The notes: generated by a model from the sequence alone, not told the origin. 62,980 nt of DNA from an uncultured bacterium (GCA_903838985.1 CAIMAO010000014.1:1-62980); one strand, 5' to 3'. Shown: positions 37,669 to 46,324, counted from the stretch's first letter. Translations and numbers: made by a program.

Positions 37669-39115
37669 TTTTTACATCACTACGACATTACCTTATGTAA
37701 ATGCTCCTCTCCACATGGGGCATGCTCTTGAACTTGTGCGTGCAGATACTATTGCTCGTTATAAAAAACTTATTGGTTGTGATGTGTATTTTAATACAGG
37801 CACAGACGAGCATGGAATAAAAATATACGAGAAAGCTAAAGAGAAAAATTTAGAGGTTAAAGATTTTGTTGATCAAGGTTTTGAAACTTTTAAAGAGCAG
37901 TTGAAAATGTTTGGAGTGAGTGAAGATATTCATTTTATTCGCACTACAGATGAACATCATGAGAAATCAGCACAAGAATTTTGGAAAAGAGTTTCTGAAA
38001 ATGGCTATATTTATAAAAAAAATTATGAAGCCAAGTATTGTGTTGGATGTGAAAGTGAAAAAACTGATTCTGAATTAGAAAATAATGAATGTAAAGAACA
38101 TCCAGGTGTAAAAATTTCAATAATTAAAGAAGAAAATTATTTTTTCAAATATTCTGCGTTTCAGGAAAAACTCTTAGACTTCTATGAAAAAAATCCAAAT
38201 TTTATTGTTCCAGATTTTCGTTTCAATGAAATAAAAAGTTTCGTGAATAATGGTTTACAAGATTTTTCTATTTCAAGATTAAAATCCAAAATGCCATGGG
38301 GAATAGAGGTGCCAGGGGATTCTGAGCACGTAATGTATGTTTGGTTTGATGCATTAGTAAACTATATTTCCACACTTGGTTGGCCTGAAAATATTGAACA
38401 ATTTGAGAAATATTGGATAAATGGAACACCCACACAATATTGTGGTAAAGATAATACCCGTTTTCAAGGTGCTATGTGGCAGGCTATGCTTATGGCAGCT
38501 TTTGGAGACGATAAACATTGTTCTAGTCAGATAGTTGTAGATGGTTTTATTACAGGTGAAAATGGTGTCAGAATGTCTAAAACTATAGGAAATGTCGTTG
38601 ATCCTAGGGATGTAGTAAATGAATATGGCACAGATGCTCTCAGATATTTTTTGTTGAGAGAAATAAGTAGTTTTGAGGATAGTCCATTTACTATAGAGCG
38701 TTTCAAAGATGCTTACAATTCTGGGCTTGCAAATGGATTGGGGAATTTAGTTTCAAGAACTATGCAGATGGTAGTTTCATATGGTATTGATATATCTCTT
38801 GTGGATGAGAAAAGTTTTATTTTTAATCATGATTATTCGTTCTCTTCACTTGAAAATTTCAAAATAAAAGATGCAATGGACTATATTTGGGATTGTATTT
38901 CTACTACTAATTTAATGATTCAAAATAAAGAACCTTATAAAAAAATAAAAATAAATCCAGATGAAGCAAAGAAAGATATAGTACAGATTGTACAACAGTT
39001 GTTTGACATTGCTTTTATGTTAGAACCGATGTTACCTAATGTTTCAGAGCAAATTATTTTGTTATTGAAAGAAAATAAAAAGCCAGAACAGCCACTATTT
39101 TTACGTAAAGAATAA
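37652..39115 (+). CDS. metG: Methionine--tRNA ligase
   Basis: PYVNAPLHMGH (HIGH), RMSKTIGN (KMSKS-like), and Zn knuckle CVGCES...C.EH. Start set at MTKQNSFY, which overlaps the upstream gene by 17 nt. Confidence 0.9.
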   Translation: MTKQNSFYITTTLPYVNAPLHMGHALELVRADTIARYKKLIGCDVYFNTGTDEHGIKIYEKAKEKNLEVKDFVDQGFETFKEQLKMFGVSEDIHFIRTTDEHHEKSAQEFWKRVSENGYIYKKNYEAKYCVGCESEKTDSELENNECKEHPGVKISIIKEENYFFKYSAFQEKLLDFYEKNPNFIVPDFRFNEIKSFVNNGLQDFSISRLKSKMPWGIEVPGDSEHVMYVWFDALVNYISTLGWPENIEQFEKYWINGTPTQYCGKDNTRFQGAMWQAMLMAAFGDDKHCSSQIVVDGFITGENGVRMSKTIGNVVDPRDVVNEYGTDALRYFLLREISSFEDSPFTIERFKDAYNSGLANGLGNLVSRTMQMVVSYGIDISLVDEKSFIFNHDYSFSSLENFKIKDAMDYIWDCISTTNLMIQNKEPYKKIKINPDEAKKDIVQIVQQLFDIAFMLEPMLPNVSEQIILLLKENKKPEQPLFLRKE

Positions 39116-39116
39116 T

Positions 39117-39974
39117 ATGCCAAAATACATAGATATACATTCACATATAAATTTTAAGGTATTTAATGAAGACAGAGATGAAGTAATAAAAAGAGCACTT
39201 GATAATGATACTTGGCTTATAAATGTCGGAACTCAAGTAGATACTTCTAGAAAGGCTATTGAACTTGCTCATAAATATGAAAAAGGTGTTTATGCTATTG
39301 TTGGTTTGCATCCAATACATACGGACGCATCTTTCCACGACGAAGAAGAACTGGGTGAAGAGGGACAAGAATTCACTTCACGTGGAGAAATTTTTGATAA
39401 AGAAGTTTATAGAGAGTTTTTGAAAGATCCTAAAGTGGTTGCGATAGGAGAGTGTGGTTTAGATTATTATCATTTAGACTTAGAATCAATTGAGAAACAA
39501 AAAAAAGCATTTGTTGAGCAAATTGAACTTGCGAATGAAGTAGGTAAACCATTAATGCTTCATATACGTAACAATCCACAAGATAAGACACACAATGCGT
39601 ATTTTGATACTTGTGAATTATTAAAAAAGTTTCCTAAAGTTAAAGGAGTTTCGCATTTTTTTGCTGGTAGTGTAGAAGATATGAAAAGATTTGTTAATCA
39701 GGGTATCTATGTTTCTTTTGCAGGCCCTGTCACTTATAAACCAAAACCAGAAATTTGCGATTATCATAAAGTAATTTTAGAGACTCCACTTGATATGATT
39801 TTGACTGATACAGATTCACCATATGTGGCCCCAGCTCCGTATCGTGGGAAACGTAATGAACCTTTATATGTTAAAGAAATTGTTAAAAAAATAGCTGAAA
39901 TAAAAGGTTTGCCGGAAGAGGAAGTTGCAAAAGCTATAATAAATAACGCAAAAAAGCTTTTTGACATTTCTTAA
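39117..39974 (+). CDS. tatD: TatD-family metal-dependent hydrolase/DNase
   Basis: IDIHSHINF, GECGLDYYH, LHIRN and DTDSPY motifs. Confidence 0.85.
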   Translation: MPKYIDIHSHINFKVFNEDRDEVIKRALDNDTWLINVGTQVDTSRKAIELAHKYEKGVYAIVGLHPIHTDASFHDEEELGEEGQEFTSRGEIFDKEVYREFLKDPKVVAIGECGLDYYHLDLESIEKQKKAFVEQIELANEVGKPLMLHIRNNPQDKTHNAYFDTCELLKKFPKVKGVSHFFAGSVEDMKRFVNQGIYVSFAGPVTYKPKPEICDYHKVILETPLDMILTDTDSPYVAPAPYRGKRNEPLYVKEIVKKIAEIKGLPEEEVAKAIINNAKKLFDIS

Positions 39975-39989
39975 TAATATTGCTAATAT
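39961..39989 (+). promoter_or_regulatory. Near-consensus sigma-70-type promoter (TTGACA-17 nt-TAATAT) for the rpsF-ssb-rpsR operon
   Basis: TTGACA at 39961-39966, a 17-nt spacer, TAATAT at 39984-39989. The predicted start (~39996) coincides with the base of the leader stem. Confidence 0.6.
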
Positions 39990-39995
39990 ATGAAT

Positions 39996-40063
39996 ATCTC
40001 ATTTGAGCTGGCACTGAATCCAGCTCACAAGCCCTTTTAAAGGGTAAAGGTCCGTAGTGAGAT
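39996..40063 (+). promoter_or_regulatory. Structured 5' leader upstream of rpsF (candidate S6:S18 autoregulatory leader)
   Basis: Closing stem atctcat/gtgagat encloses a perfect 8-bp hairpin (tgagctgg-cactgaat-ccagctca) and ccctt-tta-aaggg. Lies 27 nt upstream of rpsF. Confidence 0.4.
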
Positions 40064-40090
40064 TTATTAAAAATAATTATAGTTAGATAA

Positions 40091-40579
40091 ATGGATAATA
40101 CTAATGAAAATATAGAAACAAATTCTCGTATATACGAGGTTGGTTATCTTTTGGTTCCTACTCTTTCCGAAGAGAATGTACCAGGTGTTTATAGTGGTTT
40201 AAAAGATCTTGTCGTTGGTTTTGGTGGAGAAATAATTTCAGACGAAATGCCTAAAATGATCCCCATTGCTTATTCAATGCTCAAGGTTGTTCAAAATGTA
40301 CGAAATAAATTTAATACAGCATATTTTGGTTGGATTAAATTTGAAATAAGTGCAGATAAAATTTCAGAAATTAAAAAGAAATTGGATTTAGATCCAAATG
40401 TCATTAGATTTTTGATTTTGAAGACAGTAAGAGAAAATACTATTGCTGCCAAAAGATTTGTTCATAAAGATTCTAGAAGAAAAGCTCCAACTGTTAAAAA
40501 AGAAGGAGAAAATGAAACTGTCCTTCCTATAGATAAGGAAGAGATAGATAAAGAGATAGATGCTATGGTCTCAGCATAA
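40091..40579 (+). CDS. rpsF: 30S ribosomal protein S6 (with C-terminal extension)
   Basis: YEVGYLLVP N-terminal signature. Conserved rpsF-ssb-rpsR gene order. Confidence 0.8.
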   Translation: MDNTNENIETNSRIYEVGYLLVPTLSEENVPGVYSGLKDLVVGFGGEIISDEMPKMIPIAYSMLKVVQNVRNKFNTAYFGWIKFEISADKISEIKKKLDLDPNVIRFLILKTVRENTIAAKRFVHKDSRRKAPTVKKEGENETVLPIDKEEIDKEIDAMVSA

Positions 40580-40610
40580 TATTATTATTAATAATAAATA
40601 ATTTAAAATT

Positions 40611-41069
40611 ATGTATTTAAACAAAGCAATTGTAATAGGAAATTTAACTCGCGATCCAGAACTTCGCTCATTACCTTCAGGGATAAAAGTTTGTACTTTT
40701 TCTTTAGCTACCAATCGTGTCTGGAAAGATAAAAATAACGCTCGTCAAGAATCTACTGACTATCACAATGTTGTAGTCTTTGGAAGACAAGCAGAGACGG
40801 TTGCTCAGTATATGAAGAAGGGAAGCTCAATATTGGTTGAAGGTAGAATGCAGACAAGAAGTTGGGATGATAAAACAAGTGGAGAAAAGAAATATCGTAC
40901 AGAAATAGTTGCAGATCGTACTCAATTTGGTCCTAAGGGAGGAGCTCCTAGTTCTGGCACACAAAATGCAGAATCTGGAAAGTCAGCTGGTCCAAAAGGT
41001 CAAGAACAAGAACTTGATACTATAGAATATCCAGAAGAAGATATTAATCCAGAAGATATTCCTTTCTAA
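40611..41069 (+). CDS. ssb: Single-stranded DNA-binding protein
   Basis: OB-fold N-terminus MYLNKAIVIGNLTRDPELR, Gly/Gln-rich linker, and C-terminal acidic tip ending DIPF. Confidence 0.9.
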   Translation: MYLNKAIVIGNLTRDPELRSLPSGIKVCTFSLATNRVWKDKNNARQESTDYHNVVVFGRQAETVAQYMKKGSSILVEGRMQTRSWDDKTSGEKKYRTEIVADRTQFGPKGGAPSSGTQNAESGKSAGPKGQEQELDTIEYPEEDINPEDIPF

Positions 41070-41093
41070 AAATTATAAATTAATTAAGAAAAT

Positions 41094-41294
41094 ATGAAAC
41101 AAGATTATTTTTCAGCAAACAATATAAAATATATAGACTACAAGGATATTGAAATCTTAAAGAAGTTTCTAAACCCAAATGGTAAAATAATGAATCACAA
41201 GCGTACTGGCGTGACAGCAAAGAATCAACGTCAGCTTGCTGGTGCTATAAAAAATGCAAGATTCTTAGGCTTACTTCCTTTTGTAGCTAAATAA
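41094..41294 (+). CDS. rpsR: 30S ribosomal protein S18
   Basis: [36 protein letters not shown] pattern. Confidence 0.9.
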   Translation: MKQDYFSANNIKYIDYKDIEILKKFLNPNGKIMNHKRTGVTAKNQRQLAGAIKNARFLGLLPFVAK

Positions 41295-41305
41295 AATATA
41301 AACTA

Positions 41306-41331
41306 AAAAAGCCCCCAATTGGGGGCTTTTT
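41306..41331. terminator. Bidirectional intrinsic terminator between rpsR (+) and efp (-)
   Basis: aaaaagccccc-aatt-gggggcttttt: a perfect 11-bp hairpin with A- and T-runs on both sides. Confidence 0.8.
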
Positions 41332-41342
41332 AATTAGATTAG

Positions 41343-41927
41343 TTAAACTCTTTCTACATAATCACCAGTTTCTGTGTTTACACGGATTATATCTCCTTCT
41401 TCTATAAACATTGGTGTGCTTAATGTTGATCCATTTTCTAAAGTAATAATTTTATTACCACTTTTAGAAGTATCTCCACGGACAGCAGGTGGGGCCTCTT
41501 TTACTTTAAATTCCATTTTTATAGGTAGAGTTATTTTTATTATTTTTTCTTCGTCATCATCATCCCATACTAGAGCTGTGACATTTCCATTTTCTTTGAA
41601 AAATTTTCCAGCATCACCTATTAAGGAAGAGTCTAATTTAAATCGATTTTTAGGGTCATCTGGATTGCAGAACCAATATTCACCCTTGTTATGATAAAGG
41701 AATTTTATATCTTTTTTCTCTATATCTGCTTCTAGGGCAGAGTCAGAGACGTGAAAAGTAGCAGAAATTGTCTTTCCAGATATTAAACTTCGTAATTTAA
41801 CTTGGTTTTGAGGCTTTCTTTGTTGTGTTCTTGCGACATGAGAATCTACCACTTCACAAGGTTCATCAGCATAAATTATTATTTTCTTCTCTCTAATTTC
41901 ATTGTATTGAAGTTGTGACATAAACAA
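41343..41927 (-). CDS. efp: Elongation factor P
   Basis: Three-domain EF-P-like length. The N-terminal pattern EVVDSHVARTQQRKPQNQVKLRSLISGK aligns with the EF-P KOW domain. The start may be 41921 (MSQLQY). Confidence 0.8.
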   Translation of the reverse strand: MFMSQLQYNEIREKKIIIYADEPCEVVDSHVARTQQRKPQNQVKLRSLISGKTISATFHVSDSALEADIEKKDIKFLYHNKGEYWFCNPDDPKNRFKLDSSLIGDAGKFFKENGNVTALVWDDDDEEKIIKITLPIKMEFKVKEAPPAVRGDTSKSGNKIITLENGSTLSTPMFIEEGDIIRVNTETGDYVERV

Positions 41928-41980
41928 TATATTAACAGATTAATTTATAAAATCAAATTTTTTACCAAAACCAAAGAAAC

Positions 41981-42088
41981 AACTCCAGAAACAATATTTT
42001 TGTCGGTACGGATTTTTTGAAGCTTAAAAAATCCTGAAATTGGCTCGCCGTCGCTCGCCAAACCCCTTAAAAATATTTTTCTGGAGTT
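41981..42088 (+). repeat. Family-A nested-hairpin element, copy A1 (between recA and efp)
   Basis: 20-bp outer stem with a bulged C (aactccagaaaCaatattttt / aaaaatatttttctggagtt) around a 67-nt core. The first 40 nt of the core are identical to copy A2. Confidence 0.9.
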
Positions 42089-42093
42089 ATTTT

Positions 42094-43131
42094 TTATTCT
42101 TCTGCAAACTTTTTACGAATTTCTTTTAAGATTTGATCTGCTATTTTGTGGTTTTCTTTTAAGAAAGTTCTTGTGGAATCATAACCCACACCTAATTTTA
42201 CTTTTTCAGCTTTTTCTCCACTTGGCATATAGAAATATGAATTACCAGTTTTTTCTACTATTTTAAATTTCTCTCCTAATGCAATAATTTCACCTTCTTT
42301 GGAAATACCTTCATTATAAATAATATCAAACTCTGTTTGTTTAAATGGCGCAGCAACTTTGTTTTTTACTACCTTCACACGAGTACGACTTCCGACGATA
42401 TCTTCTCCTTTTTTAATTTGTGCAATTTTTCTGATATCAAGTCTTACAGAAGTGTAAAATTTTAATGCTTTACCTCCTGGAGTAGTTTCAGGATTGCCAA
42501 ACATAACTCCGATTTGCATTCTTATTTGGTTTATAAAAATAACTACAGTTTTAGATCTAGCTACAATGGCTGTGAGTTTGCGAAGTGCTTGAGACATAAG
42601 TCTTGCTTGTTTACCTATATGATAAGCACCCATATCTCCCTCTATTTCATCCTTTGGTGTTAGTGCAGCGACAGAGTCTACGACAATGACATCAATTTTT
42701 CCTGTTCGTACTAGACTCTCAACTATCTCGAGTGCTTGTTCTCCTGTATCTGGTTGAGAGATAAGCAAGTCATCTATATTTACTCCAAGTTTTTTTGTAT
42801 AATCTGGGTCCATTGCATGTTCAGCATCTATATATGCACAGATTCCTCCGAGTTTTTGTGCTTCAGCACATATATGCAACGATAGGGTAGTCTTGCCTGA
42901 AGATTCTGGTCCAAATATTTCAATTATTCTTCCACGTGGTATTCCTCCGACACCGAGAGCCATATCAAGACCCAAAGAACCTGTAGGTATAGTATTTATA
43001 TCTACTTTTGGTGAATCACCAAGTTTCATAATTGAGCCTTCTCCAAATTTTGCTTGTATTGCTTTTAATGTATCATCAAGCATTGATACACCTACTGACT
43101 TATCTTCTTTTTTTTCTTTTTTCTTTACCAT
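42094..43131 (-). CDS. recA: Recombinase RecA
   Basis: GPESSGKTT Walker [10 protein letters not shown] Walker B, and loop motifs. Start set at [12 protein letters not shown] (ATG 43131). The longer track ORF runs into repeat element B1. Confidence 0.95.
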   Translation of the reverse strand: MVKKKEKKEDKSVGVSMLDDTLKAIQAKFGEGSIMKLGDSPKVDINTIPTGSLGLDMALGVGGIPRGRIIEIFGPESSGKTTLSLHICAEAQKLGGICAYIDAEHAMDPDYTKKLGVNIDDLLISQPDTGEQALEIVESLVRTGKIDVIVVDSVAALTPKDEIEGDMGAYHIGKQARLMSQALRKLTAIVARSKTVVIFINQIRMQIGVMFGNPETTPGGKALKFYTSVRLDIRKIAQIKKGEDIVGSRTRVKVVKNKVAAPFKQTEFDIIYNEGISKEGEIIALGEKFKIVEKTGNSYFYMPSGEKAEKVKLGVGYDSTRTFLKENHKIADQILKEIRKKFAEE

Positions 43132-43141
43132 AAATTTTTTT

Positions 43142-43273
43142 GAATTATAAAACTTGTTGCAGGTGTAATTTTTGAGAGATATTGCGCAGGCTGTCGAGCC
43201 GAGCATAGCAAATTTTCAGTAGAAAATTATGCGTGTCTATCAAAAACTATACCAAAAAAAAGTTTTGTAATTC
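43142..43273 (-). repeat. Family-B nested-hairpin element, copy B1 (upstream of recA)
   Basis: Outer arms gaattataaaactt / aagttttgtaattc. The core 43181-43236 in reverse complement matches B2: acacgcata, then a 7-bp hairpin, then tgctatgctcggctcgNcagcctgcgcaat. Confidence 0.8.
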
Positions 43274-43281
43274 TGATATTA

Positions 43282-43626
43282 TTAATATATTAACTTATAA
43301 ATTTTTTCATCATTATTGCCAAATTTGTCTTTGGCTTTGATGCTAATGACATTATAACCTAAAGAAAGGATAATTGTCTCGTCAAAATTTCCCCTCTGGT
43401 CTATTGATATAGGACGGTCATTTAAGGTTAAATTTACTGCATTTTTTGCATTTCCTGTTATTTCTAGAATATTGTTTGTGACCTTACTTCCATCCACAAT
43501 GTTTACGTTTTTTATTTTCACACCAAAGATTAAAGCTTCAGATCTAAAGAAAGCGTAAATGACAATGAAAAGCAAAAAAATTGAAATTCCAACTATTTTT
43601 ACCAATTTTTTTGCATCTGTATTCAT
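43282..43626 (-). CDS. Small membrane-anchored protein with beta-sandwich-like ectodomain, function unknown
   Basis: 114-aa ORF with TM helix IVGISIFLLFIVIYAFF. Sits between repeat elements B1 and C1. Confidence 0.4.
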   Translation of the reverse strand: MNTDAKKLVKIVGISIFLLFIVIYAFFRSEALIFGVKIKNVNIVDGSKVTNNILEITGNAKNAVNLTLNDRPISIDQRGNFDETIILSLGYNVISIKAKDKFGNNDEKIYKLIY

Positions 43627-43638
43627 TGTGTTTATTTT

Positions 43639-43727
43639 TGCGGGGTTTACTTTTTTGAGCTGGTCTGGTTGAGCCCTTAGGACTTAATGAGGGCGACCCG
43701 AGGACCCGAAAAAAAGTAAACCCCGCA
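43639..43727 (+). repeat. Family-C nested-hairpin element, copy C1 (immediately downstream of ftsK)
   Basis: 18-bp perfect outer stem tgcggggtttactttttt / aaaaaagtaaaccccgca. Core: gagctggtctggttgagc, a variable hairpin, then gcgacccgaggacccga. Confidence 0.9.
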
Positions 43728-43737
43728 GGAAATTTCA

Positions 43738-45984
43738 TTACATTACATTTTCTCCATTTTCATCATGTGAAATTTTTTCTAAAACTTCTCTTGGTTTAGC
43801 ACCATCACCAGCACTTATTACTCCACGTTCTTCCAATTTATCCATAAGTCGTGCGGCACGAGCATATCCTAGTTTTAATTTTCTTTGCAGATATGAGGTA
43901 GATGCCTTTCCAGCTTCTATCACACATTGTCTAGCTTCTTCATACATTTCATCTTCATCCTCGTCTTCATCTGCAAGGCTACTTTCAAAAATACTTTTAT
44001 CAGCTGATATAGAACCCGTAGTCAAAGATATTTCATCGGTTATTTCATCTTTGTAAGTGTCGACTAAATATTTTACAACTTTTTTGACTTCTGTTTCTGA
44101 AATAAATGCACTTTGTAAACGTTCAGGTTGAGCTTCACCAGAAGAATAGAGCATATCTCCAGCACCTAGTAGTTTTTCTGCTCCACCGGCATCTAAAATA
44201 GTACGGGAGTCTATTTGTGAAGAAACCTTTAAGGCTACACGGGCAGGGATGTTTGCTTTAATGAGTCCAGTAATGACATTTACTTCTGGACGTTGGGTGG
44301 AAAGTATCAAATGTATGCCGACAGCTCTAGACATTTGTGCGAGTCGTACGATGGCTGACTCTAATTCTCTTGGATAAGCAGTCATAATATCTGCCAATTC
44401 GTCTATTATTATCACTATGTATGGCAAACGATCTGCATCTACTTCTGTTTGAGTGCCATCAGCACCTATTTTCATCTTCTTTGGGTTTTTGCCAAATATA
44501 TTTGTGTGATAAGACTCAATATCTCTTACAGATTCTGCTTCTAATATATCGTAACGGCGATCCATTTCTTTTGCTGCCCATTTCAAAGCGAGTATTGTTT
44601 TCTTTGCTTCAGTTATGACTGGGGTAAGTAAATGTGGAATGTTGTTGTAGAGTGTCAGCTCTACACGTTTTGGATCTATTAATATTAGTTTCAAATCATC
44701 TGGCCCATTTCTGTAGAGCAGGGAAGCTATTATAGAGTGTATTGTCACAGATTTTCCAGAACCAGTCGTTCCTGCTACTAATGCATGTGGCATTTTTGCT
44801 AAGTTTCCAAAAACAGCCTTTCCAGATATTCCACGACCGAGTGCTATTGTGAGAGGTTTTTGAGAATTTTGGAATTTAGCATCTGAAAGTAATGTAGCGA
44901 GTCCAACAATAGATTTTGATTTGTTTGGTATTTCTATACCTACGAGTGATTTGCCTGGTATAGGTGCTTCTATACGTATTGGATGTGCTGCCAAAGAAAG
45001 TGCGAGGTCATTTTGTAAACCTACGATGCGTGAGAGTTTTACTCCTTCAGCTGGTTTTAATGCATAACGTGTGACAGTTGGTCCGACGGTTATTTCATCC
45101 ATCTCTACTTCAATACCGAAGTTTGCAAGTGTGCGTTTAATAATATTTGCATTTGCTTTTATATCTCCTGTATTTGGTTTTCCTTTATCTTCTTCAAGTA
45201 ATGAAAGTGGGGGAGGGACATAGGTAGAGATCAGTCCACTTTTTCTTTTTTTGATAGGTATATCTTCCTCTTCTTCATTGGTTGCTTGTCCTGAGCTTGT
45301 CGAAGGATTTTTATTTACCATGCCGAGGACTTTTTTAACTTTTTCTGCAGAGGAACTTTTTTCTTCCTCTTCTGTAATAGATTTTTGTACTTCTTTTATT
45401 TCATTTTCATTTAAAGTGTTTTTAGTGTTTTCTATTTGTATTTTTTTACCAGTAAAGAAACTCCAAATTTTAACAAAAAATGGAGCTAGGTTTGGCTTCG
45501 CGTCAAACATTATTATTATTGAGATTATTAAAATTGCTCCGAGGAAAATTATACTTGCATAAACATCAAAAAGAGATACGAGTGGCTTAGATAAAATTTT
45601 CCCTAGTAGCCCCCCAGAATGGTTGAGTGATGCGACGTCTACCATGCCAAGTCCTGATAGTAAAAACATTGTTGCACTTATTGCACGTGTCCATCCTAAG
45701 TTTGGAGTTTCTGATTTTATAAAAGAAGATCCAAGCAGTAAAAAAAGAATTGGAAGTAATATATACCCGACACCGAGCATATAGTCTAAAAATTCATAAA
45801 TATTTCTTCCAGCCATACCTCCCATATCAAACATCGACATCAAAAGAAAGATAGTTAGAACAAAAAAAAGAACTGCCCATATTCCGTGTTTCGTTTCAGT
45901 TTTCAAACCAGTTGCGAAAGATAAATTTTTACCAAAAGTTTCTTTATTATTTTTTTGTTTTTTCTGTTTTTCTTTTTTTGCCAT
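43738..45984 (-). CDS. ftsK: DNA translocase FtsK/SpoIIIE
   Basis: N-terminal TM segments, low-complexity linker, motor with GTTGSGKSV and IIIDELAD, and a C-terminal gamma wHTH (YLQRKLKLGYARAARLMD). Confidence 0.9.
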   Translation of the reverse strand: MAKKEKQKKQKNNKETFGKNLSFATGLKTETKHGIWAVLFFVLTIFLLMSMFDMGGMAGRNIYEFLDYMLGVGYILLPILFLLLGSSFIKSETPNLGWTRAISATMFLLSGLGMVDVASLNHSGGLLGKILSKPLVSLFDVYASIIFLGAILIISIIIMFDAKPNLAPFFVKIWSFFTGKKIQIENTKNTLNENEIKEVQKSITEEEEKSSSAEKVKKVLGMVNKNPSTSSGQATNEEEEDIPIKKRKSGLISTYVPPPLSLLEEDKGKPNTGDIKANANIIKRTLANFGIEVEMDEITVGPTVTRYALKPAEGVKLSRIVGLQNDLALSLAAHPIRIEAPIPGKSLVGIEIPNKSKSIVGLATLLSDAKFQNSQKPLTIALGRGISGKAVFGNLAKMPHALVAGTTGSGKSVTIHSIIASLLYRNGPDDLKLILIDPKRVELTLYNNIPHLLTPVITEAKKTILALKWAAKEMDRRYDILEAESVRDIESYHTNIFGKNPKKMKIGADGTQTEVDADRLPYIVIIIDELADIMTAYPRELESAIVRLAQMSRAVGIHLILSTQRPEVNVITGLIKANIPARVALKVSSQIDSRTILDAGGAEKLLGAGDMLYSSGEAQPERLQSAFISETEVKKVVKYLVDTYKDEITDEISLTTGSISADKSIFESSLADEDEDEDEMYEEARQCVIEAGKASTSYLQRKLKLGYARAARLMDKLEERGVISAGDGAKPREVLEKISHDENGENVM
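45288..45307 (-). repeat. G/C-rich 20-mer in the ftsK linker, identical to the argS copy
   Basis: The reverse complement of gtcctgagcttgtcgaagga is tccttcgacaagctcaggac. Translated here in a different frame (PSTSSGQAT). Confidence 0.9.
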
Positions 45985-46042
45985 ACTGCTATTTTATCAC
46001 AAAACGTGGATCTAAAAAAGAAAGGAAATAATTTCTTCCTTT

Positions 46043-46141
46043 GCGTAATGTTATGTTTTACGAGCTGGTCTGGTTGAGCTCGCTCTTTTAAAAAATTTTG
46101 TGCGAGCGACCCGAGGACCCGAGTAAAATATAAGATTATGC
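46043..46141 (+). repeat. Family-C nested-hairpin element, copy C2 (upstream of ftsK)
   Basis: 19-bp outer stem gcgtaatgttatgttttac / gtaaaatataagattatgc (two G-U pairs, one mismatch). Same 18-nt and 17-nt core blocks as C1, with a different inner hairpin (gctcgc...gcgagc). Confidence 0.85.
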
Positions 46142-46149
46142 AAAAATAT

Positions 46150-46258
46150 TTCCGCAAGGTTATTAAAAAAAATAGTCCGAATATTTTTTTACTAAAAAAT
46201 TTCTCAAGACTCGCGCCGTCGCGCTCCGTAGCCTATTTTTTTCAACAACCTTGCGGAA
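46150..46258 (+). repeat. Diverged family-A-like nested-hairpin element, copy A3
   Basis: 26-bp outer stem ttccgcaaggttattaaaaaaaatag / ctatttttttcaacaaccttgcggaa; both mismatches become G-U on the minus strand. The core contains ctcgcgccgtcgcgctc (compare A2 ctcgcaccgtcgcgctc). Confidence 0.75.
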
Positions 46259-46289
46259 AAAATGTCCTTAATGATTTCCTTTAAAGGAC

Positions 46290-46317
46290 TTGCAAAAAGT
46301 GTAGGTGTGTATATAAT
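46290..46317 (+). promoter_or_regulatory. Promoter TTGCAA-16 nt-TATAAT inside the annotated 5' end of the 46262 ORF
   Basis: TTGCAA at 46290-46295 and TATAAT at 46312-46317. An in-frame ATG at 46325 lies 7 nt downstream (leaderless-type spacing). Confidence 0.5.
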
Positions 46318-46324
46318 GGACAAC

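Noticed and set aside
43132-43206. N-terminal extension of recA ([25 protein letters not shown]) in the ORF track.
   Set aside because: The extension is the translation of repeat element B1. Canonical RecA begins at [12 protein letters not shown] (ATG 43131).
43544-43738. Track ORFs that span repeat elements: 43544-43738 (C1), 45903-46157 (C2), 54145-54336 (R4), 62556-62810 (rRNA leader).
   Set aside because: Each is explained by a non-coding repeat or structured region. None has a supporting start signal or recognisable product.
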